From the NCBI GenBank assembly GCA_963838905.1, contig CAWITE010000028.1, positions 148,865 to 180,864 on the forward strand: a stretch of DNA of 32,000 nt. Direction: 5' to 3'. The position numbers and the translations under genes are program-made. Below the pieces are notes generated by a model that made no database searches, was not told the DNA's origin, and saw only the letters and a program-made list of their open reading frames with translations. This DNA is from an uncultured Acidobacteriota bacterium. Lineage in GTDB: Bacteria > Acidobacteriota > Terriglobia > Terriglobales > Acidobacteriaceae. Below are positions 1-8,211 of this stretch, piece by piece (the first letter of the stretch is position 1; every line of letters begins with the position of its first letter).

Positions 1-69
1 GTCGTTCCGGCGGACTACAACCTCGGCTCCCAGTTCGCCCAGATACTGAACCAGGTTGTAGGTGAATGA
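1..69 (+). CDS. possible C-terminal fragment of an unidentified protein (...[22 protein letters not shown])
   Basis: Frame 1 is open from the window edge to TGA at 67-69; too short to identify. Confidence 0.3.
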   Translation, partial: VVPADYNLGSQFAQILNQVVGE

Positions 70-289
70 GTCGTAGTTGTCGAGGACGAAGACCATTACG
101 CTTATCAGCTTACCCCAATTCCCGAGACGAACTGTCATCCCGAGCTTCGCTCGCGATGACGAAGTGCGTTGTAGTCCGCGCTGATCCTAAAACGGTTCAG
201 ACCCCCAGGCCCGCATAGGCTGGTCCAAACTACAGTCTTGACACGGTGAACGCAAAACGCCATGCTTTACACGCTCTTCTGGAGGGCTC

Positions 290-622
290 ATGGCCGAGGC
301 CGAACAGGATAACAAGCGGGCAACCCGCCGCTTCGCATTGCGGTTGCCCGTTTCAGTAACCTACACCGAGGGTGGAGTGCAGGAAAAGGCTGCGCAGACA
401 CGAGATGTAAGCGCTCGCGGCATTTGCTTCTTTGTGGACTCGGCAATCGCCGCCGGATCGAACATTGAGTTTACCCTGACTCTTCCCCCGGAAATCACTT
501 TGACCGAAAGCATTCGGGTACGGTGCAAAGGCAAAGTGGTGCGCGTGGACGATGGCGGCAACGAAGGTCGAGTCGCGGTTGCCGCGGTCATTGACGAATA
601 CGAATTCCTGTCTGAACCATGA
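290..622 (+). CDS. PilZ domain-containing protein
   Basis: 110 aa with RRFALRLPVSVTY, TRDVSARGICFF and GKVVRVD, typical of PilZ c-di-GMP receptor domains. Confidence 0.8.
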   Translation: MAEAEQDNKRATRRFALRLPVSVTYTEGGVQEKAAQTRDVSARGICFFVDSAIAAGSNIEFTLTLPPEITLTESIRVRCKGKVVRVDDGGNEGRVAVAAVIDEYEFLSEP

Positions 623-728
623 ACCCGAGCGGACCAGCAATCCCCGGCGCAAGCTCAGGGCTGAAGCCCCGGCTTTTTTGGCATTTTGCGGCACGAGTGA
701 ACTCGTGCCCTCCCGAATAACTGGTGTT

Positions 729-785
729 CTCTCGAAAACCTCGCGCCCTCTCGAAAACCTCGCGCCCTCTCGAAAACCTCGCGCT
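729..785. repeat. 19-bp tandem repeat x3 (CTCTCGAAAACCTCGCGCC)
   Basis: Copies at 729-747, 748-766 and 767-785; identical except the last base of copy 3. Confidence 0.9.
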
Positions 786-951
786 CCCGAAGACTTTAGT
801 CCTCCTGCTAACTTGCGCCCTGCCGAATTCGAAGTCGGGCGAGTTCTTGAGCAACCGGCACCAAATCATCCCTGATGACTTTGGTGCTTGCCGCTAGACT
901 TCTCTCTATCGCAGGCCAGTGGTATCTTTGCAGTAAGTACTCTATTCTGCG

Positions 952-2385
952 ATGAAGTCCCAGCCATGCGTTCGGAGCGCGGTCGTTGCGCTTGCACTGC
1001 TCACAGGATTGTTGATTGCCTCGGGCGGAGCCCAATCGACTCCAAAATTGCTGGCAACTACGGACACTCCGATCTTCGTTCGCAGCGTGCGCGTCTTGCC
1101 TGGGCCGGCGGTGGAGATCCTGTCCAGCCGCCCGCTCGTGCCCGCCATCAGCACGCTGGACAATCCGCCACGGCTGGTTATTGATCTTCCGAATGCTGAT
1201 CTGCCTGCGAACTTATCTGGGAACAGCAATCGCATCGACTCGGCCGCTCAGGAGATTCGCCAGGTCCGCGTCAACCAATATCAGAAAGCTCCCCCAGTCA
1301 CGCGCGTGGTGGTTGATTTGGTTAAGCCGGTTGGGCACACTTGGGACGCGGCCGGCAATCGCTTGATGGTTCGTCTGCGCTCCTCGGATCAAGTGACCGC
1401 CAAGCCGCCGTCCGTCCCGGCTTTCACGCAAGGTATCCAGCCGGCCGCGGTTCCGCTCGGACCGGGCTCCTCCGGTACGGTTGTTCTGGCGGGAAGCCGA
1501 GCCGCCGCGGGTTCTTCGGTGACTGCAGGTTCGGAGACGTCCGTGCTGCGGTTGCAACGAGGCGGCGAAGTGCTAGTCTGCCCGGGGACGACCGTATCGG
1601 TCACGTCTGCGCAAAGCGGGAATACGCTGATGCTGGGGATGAACACGGGAGCGCTCGAAGCTCACTACAAGCTGGACGCATCGGCGGATTCGATTCTGAC
1701 GCCTGATTTCCGCATCTTGCTGGCGGGTCCGGGCGAGTTCCACTACGCCGTCAGCGCCGACTCGCGGGGCAATACCTGTGTCCGCGCCTTGCCCGGGAAC
1801 ACTGCTTCTGTCATCGTTTCCGAACTGTTGGGAGAAGGGAATTATCAGGTCAAGCCCACTGAGCAAATTGTGTTTCACTCTGGCCGCCTGAATCTGGTGG
1901 ACGCCGCCGTGCCTGCCCGTTGTGGCTGCCCGCCGCCGGAAATCCCCGTGATGCGGGCGTCCGCCGCGCCTGCGCCTGCGGTCTCCGATGCGAAGCAACC
2001 TTCATCCATGGACTTGGCGCAGCCCAGAGACAGAGTTAAGCCTGTGACGCCTGCTGCTTCGGGCAGGCCATCAAATGTTACGTTGCCCGGCGAGGCGGCG
2101 GCGCTGCCACCGGAGACGGCTGCTTTGCCACCGTCCAAGCCGAACGACGTTCATGTGCAGGTGGAAGCTCCGTTTGTCTTTCGTGCGGCAGATATGCCTG
2201 CAAACAATCCTCCGGGCCCGAAGCCGGCTCCAATCCCCGATGCGCAGTCTCTGCCGGTGCGCGACTTGCCGCGTCCGGCGACGTTCGAGACCGGGGTTCT
2301 GCCTCCCGCTCAAAGTCAGGCAAAACAGGTCCACCACGGAGCGTTCGCCAAAATCAAGGGTTTCTTCTCAGCGATCTTTGGCTAG
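952..2385 (+). CDS. AMIN-domain, signal-peptide-bearing protein with Pro/Ala-rich C-terminus
   Basis: 477 aa; hydrophobic N-terminus, then AMIN-like VRSVRVLPGPAVEILSSRPLVPAI...PPRLVIDLPNA...VNQYQKAPPVTRVVVDL. Confidence 0.75.
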   Translation: MKSQPCVRSAVVALALLTGLLIASGGAQSTPKLLATTDTPIFVRSVRVLPGPAVEILSSRPLVPAISTLDNPPRLVIDLPNADLPANLSGNSNRIDSAAQEIRQVRVNQYQKAPPVTRVVVDLVKPVGHTWDAAGNRLMVRLRSSDQVTAKPPSVPAFTQGIQPAAVPLGPGSSGTVVLAGSRAAAGSSVTAGSETSVLRLQRGGEVLVCPGTTVSVTSAQSGNTLMLGMNTGALEAHYKLDASADSILTPDFRILLAGPGEFHYAVSADSRGNTCVRALPGNTASVIVSELLGEGNYQVKPTEQIVFHSGRLNLVDAAVPARCGCPPPEIPVMRASAAPAPAVSDAKQPSSMDLAQPRDRVKPVTPAASGRPSNVTLPGEAAALPPETAALPPSKPNDVHVQVEAPFVFRAADMPANNPPGPKPAPIPDAQSLPVRDLPRPATFETGVLPPAQSQAKQVHHGAFAKIKGFFSAIFG

Positions 2386-2476
2386 GTGTACGGCAGGCTA
2401 CGCTAGGGCAGATATCCTTTTTGCCAACCACCTGCTTGTTACCTGTAGTCGGTCTGGATATTTTGCAGGAGCGCCC

Positions 2477-3322
2477 ATGCCAGATTCCTCCAGGTCACAA
2501 AGCCTGGCTTTTTCGAGCCTGCTCGGCAGTGGCGAATTAGATCAACATCGGTCCCGCCATTTCATGCGGGGCTTCTTAGCCCAGTCGATGGAGCTGGCAG
2601 CGCTGGTGGCGATTGCTACGTACTTAGGGCATAACCCGCGACTCGGCCCGGGACTTGGCCCAACGATCGCGAACATCACTCCGATTTCCTACCCGTTTTC
2701 TTCAGACGAGACTGGTGGCCAGGGAGGCGGCGGTGATCGCGACAAGCTTGCGCCCTCCCGCGGTGCGTTGCCCAAGATGACGCTGGATGATCAATTGACT
2801 CCGGCGGAAGCGGTTGTTCACAATCTTGATCCCAAGTTGCCCGAGCCACCGAGTGTGATGGCGTTATCGGCTGTCAGATTACCTCAGCTTGGACAACTCG
2901 GGGATCCACTAACCGCAGTTCAGGGACCGCCTTCGGCCGGCCCCGGACGCGATGGTGGAATTGGCCAGGGATGTTGTGGCGGAGTGGGGCCGAAGAACGG
3001 TCCGGGCTTCGGCCCTTACGATCAAGGTAATGTCTTCTCCCCGGGCAAAGGCGGCGTGACCGCGCCGCGTCCAATCTATGACCCTGATCCTGAATACTCC
3101 GACGCCGCGCGCAGGGCCAAGTACCAGGGCTCGGTGCTTTTGTGGCTGGTGGTCGCGCCCAACGGACGTCCACGCAACATTCGCGTGCAGCGTTCTTTGG
3201 GCATGGGTCTGGATGAAAAGGCAATTGAGGCCGTGAGCCAATGGCGGTTTCAGCCGGCCACGCTAAACGGCCAACCCGTCGCGGTGCAGATCAACGTGGA
3301 AGTCAGCTTCCGGTTATATTGA
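2477..3322 (+). CDS. energy transducer TonB C-terminal domain protein
   Basis: Frame of the 2075..3322 ORF; likely ATG at 2477 (MPDSSRSQSLAFSSLLG...). C-terminus DPEYSDAARRAKYQGSVLLWLVVAPNGRPRNIRVQRSLGMGLDEKAIEAVSQWRFQPATLNGQPVAVQINVEVSFRL is the TonB_C pattern. Confidence 0.85.
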   Translation: MPDSSRSQSLAFSSLLGSGELDQHRSRHFMRGFLAQSMELAALVAIATYLGHNPRLGPGLGPTIANITPISYPFSSDETGGQGGGGDRDKLAPSRGALPKMTLDDQLTPAEAVVHNLDPKLPEPPSVMALSAVRLPQLGQLGDPLTAVQGPPSAGPGRDGGIGQGCCGGVGPKNGPGFGPYDQGNVFSPGKGGVTAPRPIYDPDPEYSDAARRAKYQGSVLLWLVVAPNGRPRNIRVQRSLGMGLDEKAIEAVSQWRFQPATLNGQPVAVQINVEVSFRLY

Positions 3323-3439
3323 CGCAAGTTGGCCACTGAAGGGGCGACAGCATACAACCTTTGTGTACTTCGTGTGATCGCATTTGCAATTCGTCAACCA
3401 CAAAGGACACCAAGGTACGCAAAGGTTCGGCAGGCCTGC

Positions 3440-3733
3440 TTACCGCCGTTTCATGGCTGCGGCTAGCGGCGCTACCCGGTCGCGCAATTCGTCAGCGATT
3501 TCCTGGCCGCGTTCCAGAGCGTCTTCGGCCACTTCTTTTGCGTCGTCTTTCCAGTCGTCCAAGGTCTCTCGCGCGTCTTCGTATCGGCGTCGCAATTCCT
3601 TGCGCATTTGTTTTCCCGGCTTAGGGGCGAACAGAAGTCCAATCAGGGTACCGGCTCCCAACCCAATCAGCAGGAATGTGATCGCGGTTGCGGCGGTGTT
3701 TCCTTCGGAAGACTCATATTTTCCTACACGCAT
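3440..3733 (-). CDS. YtxH domain-containing protein
   Basis: From internal MRVGKYESSEG: TAITFLLIGLGAGTLIGLLFAPKPGKQMRKEL followed by an acidic/basic helix; YtxH family pattern. Confidence 0.75.
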   Translation of the reverse strand: MRVGKYESSEGNTAATAITFLLIGLGAGTLIGLLFAPKPGKQMRKELRRRYEDARETLDDWKDDAKEVAEDALERGQEIADELRDRVAPLAAAMKRR

Positions 3734-3971
3734 AAAAGCTCCTCTCTGGTCATGAAAATCTCGTGATGAAGCTGGCAACTTGAATTCGCCAAACATCATT
3801 CTAGCTGCCGGATGCGGCGAGTGCCGTGGATTCGTAATTCTTAACCTGGCCGCCGATTTCCCATATTGGCTCAAGTCCTGTAAAATAAGCACTTTGAGCC
3901 TCGTGTCTGGCGGAAAATGTGGATTGCCCGCGTCCGTCGGCTACCCGCAATCAAAGGAGATTCATTCAGTA

Positions 3972-4532
3972 ATGTCTATTCCCGCCACCCAGCTTCGTCC
4001 CGGCATGATCATTAAACACAACCACGATCTGCACTCCGTTTTCAGCGTGGAGCACCGCACGCCCGGCAATTTGCGCGCCTTCATCCAGGCGAAACTGCGC
4101 AACCTGCGGACCGGCGCCATGTTCGAGCACCGCTTCCGCTCGCCCGATCCCATCGAGAAGATCACGGTGGATGAGCAGGAGATGGAGTACCTTTACGCCG
4201 ACGGCGATAGCTACTACTTCATGGACACGACGAACTTCGAGCAAACCCATTTGACTCGGGACATTCTCGGCGACGCGGTGGACTATCTGATTCCTAACTT
4301 GCAGATCAAAGTAGAATTCTTTGACGGCAAAGCCGTGGGGATTGAACTGCCGCAGACGGTTGAACTGACTGTCGTCGAGACGGAGCCGGGCCTGAAGAGT
4401 GCTACCGCGTCCAGCGTGACCAAGGCAGCGAAAACCGAAACTGGCCTTGTGGTGCAGGTTCCGCCCTTCATCAATGAAGGCGAGAAGATTCGCGTGGATA
4501 CTGCCGAGGGCGTTTACCTCTCGCGAGCATAG
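3972..4532 (+). CDS. efp: elongation factor P
   Basis: MSIPATQLRPGMIIKHNHDLHSVFSVEHRTPGNLRAFIQAKLRNLRTGAMFEHRFRSPDPIEKI...; domain order and C-terminus match EF-P. Confidence 0.93.
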   Translation: MSIPATQLRPGMIIKHNHDLHSVFSVEHRTPGNLRAFIQAKLRNLRTGAMFEHRFRSPDPIEKITVDEQEMEYLYADGDSYYFMDTTNFEQTHLTRDILGDAVDYLIPNLQIKVEFFDGKAVGIELPQTVELTVVETEPGLKSATASSVTKAAKTETGLVVQVPPFINEGEKIRVDTAEGVYLSRA

Positions 4533-4561
4533 GATCCGGTTCGCTCAGCGAGTACCCTAAG

Positions 4562-6280
4562 TTGCAAACATTCTGTCAGGGGGATCGATCGATGACTCCT
4601 GCAACCGTTCGTGGCAGCGGCTTTATGTCGCCGAGTCGCGCCATGTTTCTTAACCTCGCTCTTTGTTTCTTGTGCCTGCGGTTCCTGTGCCATGCCGCTG
4701 GCGCAGAGCAGAATGCGCCCTCGAAAATAATCGCGCTTCGTGCCTCCCGAATGCTGGATGTGAACAGCGGCAGCATGGTTCGTGATCCCGTGATTCTGAT
4801 TCAGGGTGACAAGATTACGTCTGCAGGATCTTCCGTGAAAGTTCCAGCTGAGGCGGAAGTCGTGGATCTGGGCGATGCCACTCTTTTGCCCGGGCTCATC
4901 GACTGCCATACTCATCTCATGGCCCGCATGTCCGACGATCCCCAAGGCTACGGGCTGACCTTGCTTACCAAGTCGCAGGCTTTTCGCGCACTGGAAGGCG
5001 CCGCCGACGCTAGGGTTACCTTGCATGCCGGTTTTACCGCTGTGCGTGATGTCGAAAGCGAAGGCTCCGGTTATGCCGACGTCGCCCTTCGGGATGCGAT
5101 CAATCAGGGCCTCGTGGAAGGTCCGCGCATGCAGGTGGCTACTCGTGGGATCGCGGCAGTCGGCAAGTACTTCCCCTTCGATATCTCTCCCGACCTTGTG
5201 GATTTTCCTACCGGCGCCCAAATGATCAGCGGAGCTGAAGAAGCGCGCCGAGCTGCTCGCGAGCAAATCGGACATGGCGCGAACCTGCTCAAGGTTTATG
5301 CCGATTGGGGTGCTCCCACACTGACTATCGATGAGATCCGGCCCATCGTCGAGGAGGCCCACAAGTCCCAACTAAAAGTGGCCGCCCACGCGGACAGCCC
5401 GGAAGGCATTCGCAACGCCCTGACCGCCGGTGTGGATTCAATCGAACACGGGCACCAAGCGGACCGCAGCTCTTTCGAGCTAATGAAACAGAAAAATGCT
5501 TTCTGGGTACCGACCAAGGGCCAGTACTTCTATGCTGTGGACACGGCGAAGTCTCCGCAACCACGCAAACACATGGAAGAGACTCTGCAACGCGCGCGGC
5601 AGAATATTTCAACTGCCCGCGAGTTGGGCGTGAAAATCGCAAATGGTTTCGATCCCGCCAGCGCCGGGGAACACGGCAAGAACGCGCACGAGATCATTGC
5701 CATGAGCAAGCTTGGATTGTCGCCGCTCGAAGCAATCCGCGCAGCGACGACGAATGCAGCCGAATTGATGGGATGGCAGGACAAGATAGGATCAATCGAG
5801 ACAGGAAAATATGCCGATTTCATCGCTGTTTCGGGAGATCCGATTGCCGACATTGGCGAACTCGAGCACGTCAAGTTCGTCATGAAAGGCGGAGTGGTTG
5901 TGAAGAACGAGTTCGCCCCCCTTAGACTGTTACCGCATGACAGCTTCAGCACGAATGGACAATCTGGTATTTTTGATGGTCGGAGTCTTATGTCCAAGGA
6001 CACACAGGCCCGCCGCTTTCTGGTTCGCGGTCGCGTGCAAGGAGTAGGGTTCCGCTGGTTTGTGGAACGCGAGGCGCACATTCTTGGCATTGCCGGTTGG
6101 GTGCGCAATAATGCGGACAGCAGCGTGGAAGTGCTGGCCATGGGCACCCGCGATCAACTGGCTGGATTGCGTTCGCGCCTGCGCGAGGGTCCGCGCGCCG
6201 CCCGCGTGGACGATGTTGAGGAGTCTGAAGCCAAGCCTGTCTCTGGTCTTACAAGCTTTCGCATCGAAGGAGCCTGGTAA
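4562..6280 (+). CDS. amidohydrolase (imidazolonepropionase-like, signal-like N-terminus) read in frame into an acylphosphatase domain
   Basis: DATLLPGLIDCHTHLM...AHADSPEGIRNALTAGVDSIEHG...NAAELMGWQDKIGSIETGKYADFIAVSGDP, then RRFLVRGRVQGVGFRWFVEREAHILGIAGWVRNNADSSVEVLAMG at the C-terminus. Confidence 0.88.
   Translation: MQTFCQGDRSMTPATVRGSGFMSPSRAMFLNLALCFLCLRFLCHAAGAEQNAPSKIIALRASRMLDVNSGSMVRDPVILIQGDKITSAGSSVKVPAEAEVVDLGDATLLPGLIDCHTHLMARMSDDPQGYGLTLLTKSQAFRALEGAADARVTLHAGFTAVRDVESEGSGYADVALRDAINQGLVEGPRMQVATRGIAAVGKYFPFDISPDLVDFPTGAQMISGAEEARRAAREQIGHGANLLKVYADWGAPTLTIDEIRPIVEEAHKSQLKVAAHADSPEGIRNALTAGVDSIEHGHQADRSSFELMKQKNAFWVPTKGQYFYAVDTAKSPQPRKHMEETLQRARQNISTARELGVKIANGFDPASAGEHGKNAHEIIAMSKLGLSPLEAIRAATTNAAELMGWQDKIGSIETGKYADFIAVSGDPIADIGELEHVKFVMKGGVVVKNEFAPLRLLPHDSFSTNGQSGIFDGRSLMSKDTQARRFLVRGRVQGVGFRWFVEREAHILGIAGWVRNNADSSVEVLAMGTRDQLAGLRSRLREGPRAARVDDVEESEAKPVSGLTSFRIEGAW
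5990..6280 (+). CDS. acyP: acylphosphatase domain; could be a separate gene starting at the internal ATG 5990
   Basis: MSKDTQARRFLVRGRVQGVGFRWFVEREA...GWVRNNADSSVEV is a complete acylphosphatase signature. Confidence 0.75.
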   Translation: MSKDTQARRFLVRGRVQGVGFRWFVEREAHILGIAGWVRNNADSSVEVLAMGTRDQLAGLRSRLREGPRAARVDDVEESEAKPVSGLTSFRIEGAW

Positions 6281-6844
6281 ATGCCGAGTAACGTAGCGCC
6301 CATTAAAGCAAGCGTCAACTGCGTGCCGCTAAAGAAACTGATCCGCGAAGTCCCTGATTTCCCCAAGAAGGGAATTCTCTTCTACGACATCACGACGGTG
6401 TTGAAAGACAAACTGGGATTCGCCATGCTGATCGACGCTCTCTCCGAGCACTATCTGGACCAGAAGATCGACTTGGTCCTCGGCATGGAGGCGCGCGGAT
6501 TCATTTTCGCTCCGGCACTGGCGTACCGGCTGAATGCCGGCTTCGTTCCCGTCCGCAAGCCCGGCAAACTTCCTGCTGCGACCACCAAGTACGACTACGC
6601 TTTGGAATACGGCACCAACACGCTGGAGATTCACAAAGACGCAATCCGGAAGGGGGAGCGCGTCATCATTGTTGACGACCTGTTAGCCACGGGAGGAACC
6701 GCGGAAGCCACGACCAAACTTGCGGCCTCGCTGGGTGCGGAAGTTGTGGGCTTGGGGTTCGTGGTCGAACTCGATTTTCTGAAGGGTCGCGACAAGTTAC
6801 GCGACTACGATGTATTTTCGTTGCTGCACTACGACAAAGGCTAA
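6281..6844 (+). CDS. apt: adenine phosphoribosyltransferase
   Basis: 187 aa; [35 protein letters not shown] and [17 protein letters not shown] (PRPP motif). ATG directly follows the previous TAA. Confidence 0.96.
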   Translation: MPSNVAPIKASVNCVPLKKLIREVPDFPKKGILFYDITTVLKDKLGFAMLIDALSEHYLDQKIDLVLGMEARGFIFAPALAYRLNAGFVPVRKPGKLPAATTKYDYALEYGTNTLEIHKDAIRKGERVIIVDDLLATGGTAEATTKLAASLGAEVVGLGFVVELDFLKGRDKLRDYDVFSLLHYDKG

Positions 6845-6862
6845 ACCACAGACAAAGGCTGA

Positions 6863-6939
6863 AACCACAAAGGACACAAAGGTTCACAAAGGGAAGATCG
6901 TAAGGCTTTCCTTTGTGAACCTTTGTGTCCTTTGTGGTT
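6863..6939. terminator. long inverted repeat, likely bidirectional terminator
   Basis: AACCACAAAGGACACAAAGGTTCACAAAGG (6863-6892) is the exact reverse complement of 6910-6939. Short loop between convergent apt and the 6939..7205 minus ORF. Confidence 0.8.
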
Positions 6940-7205
6940 CAGGCCTTTGGGATTTCCGTCAAAATCAGCAAAGAGTCTTTTGGGACGTAGCTCTTCCGTC
7001 GGAACCAATCCTCCATTGCGTCTTTCAATTCAGCCAGAGGAACGTGGGTTCCAATTTCCATCAGGCCGTCGGCCACAGGCAAGGTATTGTCAAAGGTGGT
7101 CGCGTTGGTGAAGTTGCGCATCGAGAAGCTATCCAGCCACTTCAGCGGGCAGGGAAGACGGCGGCCGCTCTGCTCGTATTCCACGCGAATCTTGTGGGCA
7201 AACAT
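6939..7205 (-). CDS. small hypothetical protein (88 aa)
   Basis: Coherent ORF (MFAHKIRVEYEQSGRRLPCPLKWLDSFS...ILTEIPKA) ending at the hairpin; no family recognised. Confidence 0.6.
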   Translation of the reverse strand: MFAHKIRVEYEQSGRRLPCPLKWLDSFSMRNFTNATTFDNTLPVADGLMEIGTHVPLAELKDAMEDWFRRKSYVPKDSLLILTEIPKA

Positions 7206-7320
7206 GTATCTGATTTAACCACAGAGGCACATCTCGGGCATATTCGGGATCGCAGCAGACTTATCAGGAATCACATAGGCACGGATGCCTCGTCCGGGCA
7301 AGCGAGCACGGCGAGCGCCC

Positions 7321-7650
7321 TCAGTGGGTCGGAGACGCGGGTGCGGCTGGAGCCGCCGCGGCGGTCTCACTTACTCCCGTATTCACCAGATCCTTCAGCT
7401 CCTTGCTCGGCTTGAAGAACGGAATCTTCTTGGCGGGGACTTCCACGCGGTCACCGGTCTTGGGATTGCGGCCCACGCGCGGCTTGCGTTGCCGGGTGCG
7501 GAAGCTGCCAAAGCCGCGAATCTCAATCTTGTCGCCCACGCGAAGCGAGCGCACGATGCTGTCAAAAATGGTTTCGACGATAACTTCACTGTCCTTGCGT
7601 GTTAGCTCCGCCAAGTGGGACACTTCATCGATCAGGTCAGCCTTGGTCAT
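7321..7650 (-). CDS. HU/IHF family DNA-binding protein
   Basis: MTKADLIDEVSHLAELTRKDSEVIVETIFDSIVRSLRVGDKIEIRGFGSFRTRQRKPRVGRNPKTGDRVEVPAKKIPFFKPSKELKDLVN. Confidence 0.95.
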   Translation of the reverse strand: MTKADLIDEVSHLAELTRKDSEVIVETIFDSIVRSLRVGDKIEIRGFGSFRTRQRKPRVGRNPKTGDRVEVPAKKIPFFKPSKELKDLVNTGVSETAAAAPAAPASPTH

Positions 7651-7911
7651 ACGCCTCTTCGCTCCGTAAGTGTCGTAATGAAAGTGGCTTGCACCTGGGG
7701 TCGGGGCTCCCGAGCCACATCAGGGCCTGCATAACCTTCTCAAATTTCAGGGGTTGTGCGCAAGTGACATTTTTTGGGACCGGGCGTCAGTCGTCTAGGG
7801 TTCAGGCTTCGGGCTCTAGAGACTCATCCGGAAAGTCCCCCACGGGAAGGATGTTCCAATCAGACTGGCGGCTTCCCCAAGAAAAACTGGGGGCGGTTGC
7901 GTGAAAAGGTC

Positions 7912-7941
7912 TTGACAAAATATTAATATCTATGCTATTAC
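7912..7941 (+). promoter_or_regulatory. candidate sigma70-like promoter (TTGACA N18 TATTAC) ahead of the small ORF and transposase
   Basis: TTGACA 7912-7917, TATTAC 7936-7941, dyad TCTATG(7929-7934)/CATAGA(7941-7946), ATG at 7948. Confidence 0.45.
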
Positions 7942-7947
7942 ATAGAC

Positions 7948-8211
7948 ATGCAAGATCTTGAAAATCATTACGTCACCCGTTTACAAGGCATCCGGCGCCA
8001 GGGCGGGACGGTGCAAGTGTATGCCAACATCCCCCTGCCCTTGGCTTCCGCCCTGGACTTAGAGTCGGGCGAAACCGTGACCTGGAAAGTGCTCGACCGC
8101 ACCCATTTGCTGTTAGTGCGTTTGCCGGAGTGGAAGCAACTGAAGGGCGAGGCTGCGCCCCAGCCCTCCTCCCGGAAAAGGGCGCGGCGGGCCCGGGAGC
8201 AGCGGCCATGA
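7948..8211 (+). CDS. AbrB/SpoVT-like small protein associated with the IS element
   Basis: IRRQGGTVQVYANIPLPLASALDLESGETVTWKVLDRTHLLLVRLP resembles an AbrB-fold swapped hairpin. TGA overlaps the transposase ATG (ATGA). Confidence 0.6.
   Translation: MQDLENHYVTRLQGIRRQGGTVQVYANIPLPLASALDLESGETVTWKVLDRTHLLLVRLPEWKQLKGEAAPQPSSRKRARRAREQRP

Noticed and set aside
3780-3971. Upstream extension of the EF-P ORF
   Set aside because: EF-P homology begins at MSIPATQLRPGMI (3972); the extension is non-conserved.
8130-8207. Extended N-terminus of the transposase ORF (MEATEGRGCAPALLPEKGAAGPGAAA)
   Set aside because: Out-of-frame readthrough of the AbrB-like ORF; ATG 8208 with upstream GGGAG and the ATGA overlap is the better start.
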